A stretch of DNA of 30,743 nt, taken from positions 1 through 30,743 of the forward strand of contig JBFGJG010000048.1 of the NCBI GenBank assembly GCA_041577295.1. The letters run 5' to 3'. The first letter of the stretch is position 1; every line of letters begins with the position of its first letter. Shown piece after piece: positions 10,009-18,875 of this stretch. A model generated the notes under the pieces. The model was not told the origin of the DNA, did no database searches, and saw only the letters and a list, made by a program, of their open reading frames with translations. The translations under genes and the position numbers were made by a program. The DNA is from Gemmatimonadales bacterium. Its GTDB lineage: Bacteria; Gemmatimonadota; Gemmatimonadetes; Gemmatimonadales; GWC2-71-9.

Positions 10009-10860
10009 ATGACAGTGTATCCCTTAGTCCTCCAGCTCGGCCCCGTCGAGATCACGGGATACGGCCTCATGATGATGATGGGGTTTCTCATGGCCGGCTG
10101 GGTCATTCAACAAGGGTTGCGCGAGCGCGGGCTCAACGAGTCATACGCCGCGGATATCGTGGTGTGGGCCGTCATCGGTGGGATTCTCGGCGCCAAACTC
10201 TGGTACGTGGTCCTGTACGGCGATATTCGGGCGCTGTTCTCGCGTGGCGGACTGGTGTGGTACGGCGGACTGGTGGGTGGGGCGGCGGCCGTGCTGTTCA
10301 ACAGCTGGCGGCGCCACGTCCCGCTGCGATTTACCCTTGAGCTCGCCGCACCGGCGCTCACCATCGGTTACGCCCTGGGTCGGGTCGGCTGCTTTTTAGT
10401 ACAAGACGACTACGGCATTCCCAGCACCGTTCCCTGGGCAATGCGTTTCCCTGAGGGCTTGCCCCCGTCGACCGCGCAGAACCTCTCGAGCATGTACGGA
10501 ATCGAGATTCCGGCTGGTGTCTCCCCGACCGAGGTGCTGGCCGTCCACCCGACTCAGCTTTACGAAGTCGCGGCCATGTTCGTCGCCTTCTGGGTGCTCT
10601 GGCGTCTGCGCCAACACGCGCATGGAACCGGATGGCTATTTGGTCTCTACCTCATCTTCGCCGGCGCGGAGCGTTTCTTGGTCGAGTTCATCCGCGCAAA
10701 GGACGATCGGGTCCTCGGGATGTTCACGGTGGCGCAGGCAGCGAGCCTGAGCGCCGTGGCTTTGGGGGTGTTCCTCATGGTTCGGTGGCGGGAACGCGAA
10801 GCCGCTGCGCTTCCGGCGGAGGCGGTCGTATTGCAGCCACTCGAGACCTCTCCCGGCTAG
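10009..10860 (+). CDS. lgt: Prolipoprotein diacylglyceryl transferase
   Basis: Multi-TM protein with YGLM, GGLVWYGG, ALGRVGCFL, HPTQLYE, RFLVEFIR. Start ATG 10009 or GTG 10006. Confidence 0.92.
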   Translation: MTVYPLVLQLGPVEITGYGLMMMMGFLMAGWVIQQGLRERGLNESYAADIVVWAVIGGILGAKLWYVVLYGDIRALFSRGGLVWYGGLVGGAAAVLFNSWRRHVPLRFTLELAAPALTIGYALGRVGCFLVQDDYGIPSTVPWAMRFPEGLPPSTAQNLSSMYGIEIPAGVSPTEVLAVHPTQLYEVAAMFVAFWVLWRLRQHAHGTGWLFGLYLIFAGAERFLVEFIRAKDDRVLGMFTVAQAASLSAVALGVFLMVRWREREAAALPAEAVVLQPLETSPG

Positions 10861-11696
10861 GGGTAGCCACCGAAGGCAGTCAGCATCTCCTTCGCGCTCT
10901 GCCATCGCTGATCGCGTTCACGCTCGAGCGCCTTGTCGATCGCCGTCGCCAAGTCACGCGAGGTATCGTCTCGCAACGTCTCAACGTCAGGCGCATGTTC
11001 CTCGATATGCATGCGGAGCACCGTGTCCTCGCGGGGCGCGACGAAGGGTGGTTTGCCGGTCAGACATTCGAACAGCACACACCCCAACGAGTACAAGTCG
11101 CTCCGGTGATCGATGTCTTCTTCCCCCCGGACTTGCTCGGGACTCATGTAGGCAGATGTCCCCACGGAAAAGCCAGAGCGCGTGAGCCGGTCCGTGCCAG
11201 ACCGGACAATGGCACGCGCGATTCCGAAGTCGAGCAACACCGCACCTTCCTCTGCTAACACGATATTGTCCGGTTTTACGTCCCGATGCACGATGCCACG
11301 CTCGTGGGCGAACGCGAGCGCGTCGAGGACGTCGCACGCGATTCGCCGTGTGTCGCTCTCCGATGCGCACCGCACCCGCGTGAGGTGCTCCCGCAAGCTG
11401 GGCCCTTGGACGTAGGTCATGACGTAGTACACGAGCCGTTCTGTCTCGCCGAAATCCAAGATGCGGGCGATCCGCGGGTGATCCAGCTGCTCGAGGAAGG
11501 CGATCTCACGCAGGAATCGGTCCGCCGTGACAGTGACCGCGAGCTGAGGGTGAAGCACCTTGAGCGCGCACGCACGGTCGTTCTGGTCGTACGCGAGATA
11601 CACGCGAGCGGCGCCACCCCGCGCAATCTCGCGGTCGATCCGGTACCGCCCGCTCAGCTCCTCGCGAACAACCGGGAAAATATCACGACGGGACAA
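10857..11696 (-). CDS. Hanks-type Ser/Thr protein kinase, catalytic domain only
   Basis: ARGGAARVY, ALK, HRDVKPDN, DFG, GTSAYMSPEQ, SDLYSLG; AGGAG upstream of the TTG start; no TM or sensor domain. Confidence 0.93.
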   Translation of the reverse strand: MSRRDIFPVVREELSGRYRIDREIARGGAARVYLAYDQNDRACALKVLHPQLAVTVTADRFLREIAFLEQLDHPRIARILDFGETERLVYYVMTYVQGPSLREHLTRVRCASESDTRRIACDVLDALAFAHERGIVHRDVKPDNIVLAEEGAVLLDFGIARAIVRSGTDRLTRSGFSVGTSAYMSPEQVRGEEDIDHRSDLYSLGCVLFECLTGKPPFVAPREDTVLRMHIEEHAPDVETLRDDTSRDLATAIDKALERERDQRWQSAKEMLTAFGGYP

Positions 11697-11756
11697 TGAC
11701 GCTCCTGGAGTGGGACGACACCCGGTGGAAAAGTGAATCGCTCGATAGTAAGTGCG

Positions 11757-14261
11757 CTAGCCAGCCGCGACGGGAGCAATCGGGAGTGGCTCACGGGCTC
11801 GAGCTCGCTCGAGGATGTTTCGCAGCTGCGGGTCGGAGCGTAGCGCATCAAAGCCAGGATCGGCAGCCAACGCTCCATGATCCCCCCACCCTGCCGCCAC
11901 CGCTTCGCGAAGGTTTGAGAGAGCATGCTCCCGCTCCCCGCGGGCCGCAAGACAGCTTGCCAAATCGAAGTAGGCCTGTGGCTCGGAGCCTTCCCACATC
12001 CAGCTGAAGTCAAACCGCGTTCTGTTGGGGAACACCGCAGTCGCGAGCGCGAACTGTTTGGACGCTTCGCCGCGTGCTCCGAGTTGATGGAAGGCCTTGG
12101 CTAACCCGAGTTGCGCTCGTACGTAGAGGTAGCCCATGCCAATGCGGCTGGGGTGCTGCTCCGCAACTTCCTGCGCACGGGTGAAGTGCTCTACCGCGAC
12201 GTCGCACGCCCCTTGCCGGTAGGCAGTTTCGCCGAGGCCACATTGGATGAGCGCTCGGAAGGCTTTGGTATACAGGTGATCCGTCGTATGAAGCACCGAG
12301 TCGACCTCGCGCAGCAATGTTGCAGCAGCGTCCAACTCGCCTTCGCGAAGGTGCAACATGCCGCGGAGAATTCGCGGCCCCCCGACAATCACAACCCCAG
12401 TGGCCTTGCCCTCGGTCTCGACGGTTATGGCATGATCGAGCACGCGGCGGGCAGGTTCGTACTGCCCATTGATCATGTAGAGCCAGCCGAGACCGCCGTA
12501 TGCCGGTACATACCCCGGCTCCAGCTCTAACGCCCGCAAGTAATCCTGCGCGGCAAGCGGCCACAGCTCCCAGCGACGCTCGTCCTCACCACGGATCTGC
12601 CGGGCGACCGCCAAGAAGTAATGTGCGAGCGAATTGCCTCGGTCCAACTCAACGGCGCGTTCGCCCGCGCGTTCTGCTTCCTCGAGCCGATGCGCGCGTG
12701 TGTAGGCATACGTGAGCCATTGGTAGGGCTCGGCGAGATCGGGATCGAGCGCGATTGCCCGTTGGAGCTGATCGATCCCTGCCTGCAAATCGTCGGGGTT
12801 TGTCTTGGCAATGAAACGGAAGACCGACAAGCTTCCCAGCCCTGACAAGGCCAACGCGTAGTCCGGATCGATCGCGATGGCCTGATGAAAGTACTCGTTC
12901 GCGGCTTGAAACGTCTCTTCACCAAACTGATTGAATAGTTGCCGACCCTTGGCGTAGCACTCGTAGGCCTTGAGCTGGGTCGTCTCCGGCTTGACGATCT
13001 TCTTGTGTTCTCTAGTCGTGGGTTGGACATCGAGCACGTCGAGCAAGCTCGTGACGATCCGATCCTGGAGATCGAACACGTCGCTCATGCCACCATCGAG
13101 CTTGACCGCAGCAGCCAGCTCACCGGATTCCACCTCGAGAAACTGAGGAGTGATCCGCAAACGGTCGCCGGCTTTCTGAAACGACCCCCATACGACCCAC
13201 CTGGCGCCGAGCCGCCTGCCGAGGTCGAGCGCGGCCTGTTCGCCATCGAGCGACTGCCCGGAGAGCGCGCGTGCAACGCTCTGCCGACTGATCACCCTGA
13301 TGCCCGCGACCTTCTTGAGATCAACGGTTACCGTCTCGGCAATCCCCGACGAAAGCCATTCGATCGTGGAATCGGCCGAGAGATTCTCAAAATCGAAAAT
13401 GACCACAGCGTCTTCCGTCGGCCCCGCGACCTCGACGCCTGGACCAGCCGTCAATGCTTCCACGAACTGGTGTGCCGTACCAAACCTATCCGCCGGAACC
13501 CTCGCTAGTAGCTTGCGCACGGTGTGCTCGACCGCTCGGGGCACCGTGTCGCGGACTGCTCGCAACGAGGGAAGCGGATCGGTCAACCGGCGTGCGAGAA
13601 TCGCTTGGAGTGTTGGGCCGGTGAAGGGCGGCATCCCGGCCAGCATCTCGTACAGCACACATCCCAGCGAATAGAGATCGCTACGGCCATCGATGACCGT
13701 CTCACCCATGGCTTGCTCGGGACTCATGTACGCCGGTGTTCCCACCGCAATCCCCGTGGCCGTCAGGCGTTCACCACCGGCATCACCCAACGCCTTCGCA
13801 ATCCCGAAATCGGTGACGACGGCGTGCCCACCCGAGAGGAGGATGTTCTCGGGTTTGATGTCGCGATGGATCACACCTTGGCTGTGGGCGTGCGAGAGGG
13901 CGTCGGCCACCTCACGAGCAATCTGCAGCGCAGCATCGATGGACAGCTGGCGCTCACGCTCGAGACGATCCCGCAACGATTCACCTTCGACGAAGGGCAT
14001 CACATAGAACAGCACGCCGTCGACCTCGCCCGAGTCGTAGAGTGGGAGAATGTTGGGATGGCTCAGGCGAGCGGCGATCCCAATCTCACGCAGGAATCGT
14101 TCGGTCCCGAGGGCCGCCGCCAGTTCTTCGCGCAGCACCTTGATGGCGACGGTGCGCTCGTGTTTGCGGTCGGTCGCAACGTATACGGTTGTCATACCAC
14201 CCTCCCCGACCAGCCGGTGCACGTCATACCGGTCGTGAAGGCGGTCAGCGAGCGTCCGCAC
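11757..14261 (-). CDS. Ser/Thr protein kinase with TolB-like/FlgO-like central domain and TPR repeats
   Basis: Kinase motifs (GEGGM, VAIK, HRDIKPEN, DFG, YMSPEQ), then VVIFDFENLS...GDRLRIT...DLQDRI, then TPR-like repeats (AIAIDPDYALA, AIALDPDLAE, ALELEPGY). Confidence 0.92.
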   Translation of the reverse strand: MRTLADRLHDRYDVHRLVGEGGMTTVYVATDRKHERTVAIKVLREELAAALGTERFLREIGIAARLSHPNILPLYDSGEVDGVLFYVMPFVEGESLRDRLERERQLSIDAALQIAREVADALSHAHSQGVIHRDIKPENILLSGGHAVVTDFGIAKALGDAGGERLTATGIAVGTPAYMSPEQAMGETVIDGRSDLYSLGCVLYEMLAGMPPFTGPTLQAILARRLTDPLPSLRAVRDTVPRAVEHTVRKLLARVPADRFGTAHQFVEALTAGPGVEVAGPTEDAVVIFDFENLSADSTIEWLSSGIAETVTVDLKKVAGIRVISRQSVARALSGQSLDGEQAALDLGRRLGARWVVWGSFQKAGDRLRITPQFLEVESGELAAAVKLDGGMSDVFDLQDRIVTSLLDVLDVQPTTREHKKIVKPETTQLKAYECYAKGRQLFNQFGEETFQAANEYFHQAIAIDPDYALALSGLGSLSVFRFIAKTNPDDLQAGIDQLQRAIALDPDLAEPYQWLTYAYTRAHRLEEAERAGERAVELDRGNSLAHYFLAVARQIRGEDERRWELWPLAAQDYLRALELEPGYVPAYGGLGWLYMINGQYEPARRVLDHAITVETEGKATGVVIVGGPRILRGMLHLREGELDAAATLLREVDSVLHTTDHLYTKAFRALIQCGLGETAYRQGACDVAVEHFTRAQEVAEQHPSRIGMGYLYVRAQLGLAKAFHQLGARGEASKQFALATAVFPNRTRFDFSWMWEGSEPQAYFDLASCLAARGEREHALSNLREAVAAGWGDHGALAADPGFDALRSDPQLRNILERARAREPLPIAPVAAG

Positions 14262-14459
14262 CGTCTAAACCTTTAGAGGAAGTGACGTTGATAGCACAGC
14301 TAATCGAGTTGTCTCGCGCTTGTGAGGGCATCGGTAATCTACCGGCTGGGAAACCCGACGAGCGAAGCCATGTGAGAGGCACGTCGCGCAGCGACGACAA
14401 CACTCCGCCGGCTCCTACCGTCCTCAATCCGCAGCTCCCCAGAGGACACCGCCGGCCAT

Positions 14460-14493
14460 GCGGGGCGCGAGGATGGAGGGTCCTCCGCCCCGC
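14460..14493 (-). terminator. GC-rich hairpin just after the BTAD-AAA stop codon
   Basis: Minus strand GCGGGGCG-GAGGA-(7 nt)-TCCTC-G-CGCCCCGC, about 13 bp stem. There is no U-tract, so it may be a stabiliser or Rho-related element rather than an intrinsic terminator. Confidence 0.4.
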
Positions 14494-14495
14494 TA

Positions 14496-16631
14496 CTACG
14501 CCACCTCCAAACGCTGCCGAAGTTCTTCGATAGCTGGCACGGTCTCCTCACCAGCCGCCGCTTGTGCGGCGTACAACGCCCGCCGCGCCGTCCGTCCCGA
14601 TGCATGCGCCATCGCTGCTTCTGCCACAGCCAGGGCTTGCTCGACGGCCTCGGGGCCCGGATCCGTCCGGGCTCGCAGTTCCACGCGGAGAACCCGAGAT
14701 TCGAGATCGTCCCGTTCCGACAGAACTTCCAGTGCCCGTCTTCGTAACCGTTGTCGATGACCCCGTGTCAGACATTCCATCAACACGACTTGCGCCAACA
14801 CGGGTGCCGCGAACGCAAACCGATGACCGTTGTAGGTGACGAACCGCGCTTGCTCGAGACGGTCCAGGAGCTCCTCGACGCGCTCCTCCGAAAACTGGGT
14901 CAATGCGGCGATGAGGCGCACGTCCAGCGCCAGGCCTCCAACGCTTGCGGCACGCAACACTTCCCTCGTGTCCTCGTCGAGTGCCGACACGCGCGCGAGA
15001 ATTGCCATCCGTACCGGCGCGGGGAGACTTGGTAGAGGAGATTCGTAGGTGGCGCGGGGTGGGGGCCACGACAACATGTCGTCTCTGAGCGTGGTCGTGC
15101 GCTCGAGGTCGCGAAGCAGCGTCACCGCGAGAAACGGACTCCCCTGCGCCTCGTAAGAGATACGACGGGCCAATCGGTCGCGGTCGTCCGGGTTGCGGCA
15201 CCAACTCGCGAGATAATCGATCAGTTGCCGCATGTCTTGCTGCGTGAGCGCCTCGAGGTGAACCGTGGCGCCGGGTGTGCCGCGTCCCACGTCGCTGCGG
15301 AGCGATACCAATTCCCGTGGTGGGTTGTTGGGCGAAGGCTCGGCAACGATCATACACACCACGGGCGCACCGCGGAGCGTCCGCACGGCCTCTCCGAGCG
15401 CCCCCACGGTGGATCCGTCGGCAAAGTGTGAGTCGTCGAGCGCGATGCCAATGGGCTGTTCTTCGGCGATAGCTCGGAGCGTGCTGGCGAGTGCTGCCGC
15501 GACATGGCCGGTGTCCCGTGGTTCAACGGGCGTGAAGCGATCGGCGATGTCCGGTACGAGAGACGCCAGGACGCCGAGGGCGTCGGGGGCAGCGCCAGCG
15601 AGACCGGGAGCGTCGGCTAAACCGGCGCGCATCAACTGGCAAAGTGCGCTCCACGGCGCGTCGTGGTCGCTCTCGAGTGCGCGAGCAACCACCACAACCG
15701 CTCCAGCGAGCTGGAGCCGCTCGACACACTCATTCAACAAGCGCGTCTTGCCCATCCCGGGATCACCCGTGATCACGAGGACGCGTGCCCCCTCACGCAA
15801 GCCCCGCTCGACCACCGAAAACGCTTCTCGATGAGCCACTGGACGCCCCACGAGGGGTGGTTCCGGTGAAACGTGACGTGCGGTGATGCGCCGCCACCGC
15901 TGACCTCGAATCCGCTCCGCGAGCGCCTCGAGCTCGCGGCTCGGCGGCTCGCCAAACTCCCGCTCGAACCGATCGCTGAACTGGTGATAGACCGCCAGCC
16001 CGCCGGTCGCATCGCCAGAGAGCGCAGCCGCACGCATTGAGAGCTGAGCCGCGGGCTCGAACGTCGGGAGGAGGCGCAACGCATCAGACGCGGCGGCGCG
16101 CGCTGACCCGAACTCGTTGCGTGACAAGGCATCCTCGCCCTGGTGAACGAGAACCGTCGCGCCGCGCGAGCGATAATGGCTGCGCCGCCCGCTCGCCCAA
16201 TCCTCGAACGCCGGTGAGTCGTCTACTGTGAACCCTTCGAGAAAATCCCCGCGTAGCAGCGCTGCGGCATCGTCGGGCCGACGATCGATCAGCTCGTCGA
16301 ACCGGAGCGCATCCACCTCGAGACTTTCGTCGCTGAGCGTCAACGCATCACCCCGTGAGACGAGCCGGTCAGCACCCAGTCCGGTGCGGAGGCGCCGGCT
16401 CGCCTCGTTCAGGGAATGACGTGCCTTGTCTTGAGTTTTTTCCGGCCATAGTAGGCCCAGCAGATGATCACGGGTTCGCGTCCGATTGGGGGACAGCGCC
16501 AGGTAGACCAGCAGGGCTAGGTGTTTCCGCCAGAGCACATCCGTCGCCGGCGGCGCGCCGTCAACGCGCGCCGTGGGCGGGCCGAAGCAAATGAGCTCCA
16601 GCCGCGGCAGTGAGGGGGCTTTTGTGTCCAT
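14496..16631 (-). CDS. SARP/BTAD-domain transcriptional regulator with AAA ATPase domain
   Basis: N-terminal ALLVYLAL...LLGLLWPE...ARHSL, BTAD-like GDFLEGF...FEDW...FGEPPS, then PLVGR, Walker A GDPGMGKT, Walker B-like LDDSHFAD, GSPF. Start ATG 16631 inferred. Confidence 0.88.
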   Translation of the reverse strand: MDTKAPSLPRLELICFGPPTARVDGAPPATDVLWRKHLALLVYLALSPNRTRTRDHLLGLLWPEKTQDKARHSLNEASRRLRTGLGADRLVSRGDALTLSDESLEVDALRFDELIDRRPDDAAALLRGDFLEGFTVDDSPAFEDWASGRRSHYRSRGATVLVHQGEDALSRNEFGSARAAASDALRLLPTFEPAAQLSMRAAALSGDATGGLAVYHQFSDRFEREFGEPPSRELEALAERIRGQRWRRITARHVSPEPPLVGRPVAHREAFSVVERGLREGARVLVITGDPGMGKTRLLNECVERLQLAGAVVVVARALESDHDAPWSALCQLMRAGLADAPGLAGAAPDALGVLASLVPDIADRFTPVEPRDTGHVAAALASTLRAIAEEQPIGIALDDSHFADGSTVGALGEAVRTLRGAPVVCMIVAEPSPNNPPRELVSLRSDVGRGTPGATVHLEALTQQDMRQLIDYLASWCRNPDDRDRLARRISYEAQGSPFLAVTLLRDLERTTTLRDDMLSWPPPRATYESPLPSLPAPVRMAILARVSALDEDTREVLRAASVGGLALDVRLIAALTQFSEERVEELLDRLEQARFVTYNGHRFAFAAPVLAQVVLMECLTRGHRQRLRRRALEVLSERDDLESRVLRVELRARTDPGPEAVEQALAVAEAAMAHASGRTARRALYAAQAAAGEETVPAIEELRQRLEVA

Positions 16632-16764
16632 GACGTTCGTGGCGAGCGGAGTGACCCAACGTTCGGGACAGGCAGCCGCTCCCGGAAAACCGCAAGGCGA
16701 CGCCGACGACATGGGTGGAGGGATGCGCCCAGTCGCCGCCCCGTGTCATCCAACCAACCTGGGT

Positions 16765-16793
16765 ATAATGGTGCCGGGAACACGCGCCGCCAA
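16765..16793 (-). promoter_or_regulatory. Possible sigma70 promoter for the BTAD-AAA gene
   Basis: Minus strand TTGGCG-N17-CATTAT. The -35 overlaps a small hairpin (CGCCGC-4nt-GCGGCG, 16785-16800) following the FTR1 stop. Confidence 0.3.
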
Positions 16794-16803
16794 GGCGGCG
16801 GCG

Positions 16804-18813
16804 TCACAGCGAAGCGCGGAGCCGAACGGTCCGTGGCTGGAGCCAGAAGATCCACAACAAGGCACCGGCCAGGGCCAACGCCAGCACGGCCTGGCTCGCC
16901 GCGGTCTGAAGCGTGGGGAACACTCCCAGAGCGGGGAGGCTGGGCAGCCACTCCAGCGGCGTCAGCGACATCAATCCGGCCGCCTGCAACTCAGCGACCC
17001 CCTGACCGGCAAAGCTGAACGCCATCACATAAAGCAGCGCGCTCGTGATCGCGAAGAAAGGCTTGAGCGGCAGTCGAACGCCGTACCGCTGCATCAGGAA
17101 GTACACGAACCCCAGGCAAACTGAGCCGAGAACGATTCCGGCCACAATCGCCGAGTAACTGCCAAGCGCGCCGCCAGCGGTGCTGAACAGCGCAGCGTAG
17201 AACAACACTGTTTCGAAGCCTTCGCGGTAGACGGCGAGGAAGGCCACAGCTGCGAGCGCAAATGACCGTTTGCTGCTCAGCGCCCGTTGCATCCTAGTGC
17301 GGACGAATTCTTGCCACTTGCGAAGCTCGATCTTGGAGACGAGCCAGTAGGAGACCCAGAACAGCACCGCCGCCGCGACCAACATCGTGATCCCCTCGAG
17401 TGCTTCCTGGTGAGCGGTGGCGGTGCGGAACAAGGTTGCGAGCGCCAATGCAGTGAGGCCACTCGCGGCCAGCGCCGCCAACACCCCCCGACCGAGTTCC
17501 CGCTTCTGTTCCGGGGCGCCCGCCTTGGTGAGAAACGCCATCAAGGCGCCGATCACGAGGATGGCCTCGAGCCCTTCCCGCAACATGATGAGCAGCGACT
17601 GACCAAAGAGGACGGGATTCGACACGCGAGCGCCGACCCGAGCGACCGCGTGATCCAACGCTGTGGTCACCTCCGCTCGTGCCTCGGCGTGCCGCCCCAC
17701 CTCGTCGCGGGCAACCGCCGCACGGAGGCCGGCAAAGGCGGCCTCCACGCGCGCAGCTGCCCGTGCATCACGAGCCCGCACCTGTTTCTCGATCTGCTCA
17801 AAGACGAGGTAGGCATCGAGTGCAAGGTGCTCAGCACGACGGCGCTCGCCTGTTTGCGCAGCGGCAATCGCTTCATCGACCATCGCCTTGGACTGTGTGA
17901 CCACTCGAGCAATGCGGACCGCGGCATCGTCTCCCAAGTGCTCGCGCGCCCCGGCGACGCGAGCGAAGGCGGTGAGACCCGCGAGCGTGGAATCGTCGAG
18001 CTCTCCCTCGACGCCCGGGGCTACCAACGCCTGCAGTGAATCGTCAGACAACCCACCCGTCGTGGTGAAGTCGCTCGTCTGAAGCAGACACCGCCCGCAG
18101 GATCGCGCCAACAGCGCACGGGCGCCAGCCGGAATCTCCCCGTGACGTAGCGTCGCCGCGTAGAGCGCAACCGCCCACCGATCGTCGTTACCTAGTTGAT
18201 CGGCAAATGCGGGCATCGCAGTGCCGGCGACGCCGACGTTCACCTTGCGAAAGAAATCCACAACCGATGTGCCGCGCAGTCCGTCTCGGTCGCTGAGGTC
18301 GGACGGAGGGGGATCGAGGCTCGACGCAAGTGGTCCCCCATCTCCGGATTCACCGTGACACGATACGCAGAGCTGTCGGTAGAGAGCACCGCCGCGCGCG
18401 AGCGAGGGTGCCGTAGCGGGGAACGGATCGAGCGACAGCCCGAGTCCGTTCTCGAGCGTGGAGCGCAAGGTATCAAGCGCGAGCCGTAGCTCGGCTTCGG
18501 GCCGGAGCGCGGCGATGCCCTCGGCCAACTTCATCAGGATGGTGTCGACCGGACCCGCCAGCTCGCGGCCCAGCGCGCTCGCTGAAGAGCGGGCCTCCTC
18601 CAAGAACATCCGCGCCTCTGCTAACTCCTCCGGGCGCACCACCTCTCCGTTCACGACACCGTCCGCGTACTCAGCCACCGCAATCGACGCGATATCGGCC
18701 AGCCGCCGGGCTGTATCTTCCCGATCAGGTGCCTGGGCGGCAGCCGCGGTCGAAGAGCCCAGGGCTAGCCCTAGAACGAGGGGAAATCGGAGTCTGAAGA
18801 GGATGAGAATCAT
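16804..18813 (-). CDS. Cytochrome c / FTR1-family iron permease fusion (PbrT/EfeU-like)
   Basis: Signal peptide (..AAAAQA), heme-binding CVSCH with GTAMP axial Met, and a C-terminal multi-TM FTR1 domain with REGLE and REGFE motifs. Start ATG 18813 inferred. Confidence 0.92.
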   Translation of the reverse strand: MILILFRLRFPLVLGLALGSSTAAAAQAPDREDTARRLADIASIAVAEYADGVVNGEVVRPEELAEARMFLEEARSSASALGRELAGPVDTILMKLAEGIAALRPEAELRLALDTLRSTLENGLGLSLDPFPATAPSLARGGALYRQLCVSCHGESGDGGPLASSLDPPPSDLSDRDGLRGTSVVDFFRKVNVGVAGTAMPAFADQLGNDDRWAVALYAATLRHGEIPAGARALLARSCGRCLLQTSDFTTTGGLSDDSLQALVAPGVEGELDDSTLAGLTAFARVAGAREHLGDDAAVRIARVVTQSKAMVDEAIAAAQTGERRRAEHLALDAYLVFEQIEKQVRARDARAAARVEAAFAGLRAAVARDEVGRHAEARAEVTTALDHAVARVGARVSNPVLFGQSLLIMLREGLEAILVIGALMAFLTKAGAPEQKRELGRGVLAALAASGLTALALATLFRTATAHQEALEGITMLVAAAVLFWVSYWLVSKIELRKWQEFVRTRMQRALSSKRSFALAAVAFLAVYREGFETVLFYAALFSTAGGALGSYSAIVAGIVLGSVCLGFVYFLMQRYGVRLPLKPFFAITSALLYVMAFSFAGQGVAELQAAGLMSLTPLEWLPSLPALGVFPTLQTAASQAVLALALAGALLWIFWLQPRTVRLRASL

Positions 18814-18818
18814 TCTCA
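18804..18818. promoter_or_regulatory. Fur-like box (perfect 7-1-7 inverted repeat)
   Basis: TGAGAAT-C-ATTCTCA versus the Fur 7-1-7 consensus TGATAAT-n-ATTATCA (one symmetric mismatch per arm), at the 5' end of an iron permease gene. Confidence 0.75.
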
Positions 18819-18835
18819 AGTAGTTGTCACGGGGG

Positions 18836-18864
18836 AAACTAGACCCATGCTGTCGGATTTGCAA
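18836..18864 (-). promoter_or_regulatory. sigma70-type promoter for the FTR1 gene
   Basis: Minus strand TTGCAA (18864-18859), N17, TAGTTT (18841-18836), in the acpS-FTR1 gap. Confidence 0.6.
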
Positions 18865-18875
18865 CTGTCGCCGTG

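Noticed and set aside
14341..14380. GGGAAACCC...GCGAAGCC resembling a c-di-GMP riboswitch
   Set aside because: It lacks the GGCAAA/GAAA/GACGCAAAGC arrangement and lies antisense to both flanking genes.
16764..16769. Perfect TATAAT on the + strand as an antisense promoter to FTR1
   Set aside because: No -35 at proper spacing and no extended -10 TG; the same bases fit a minus-strand -10.
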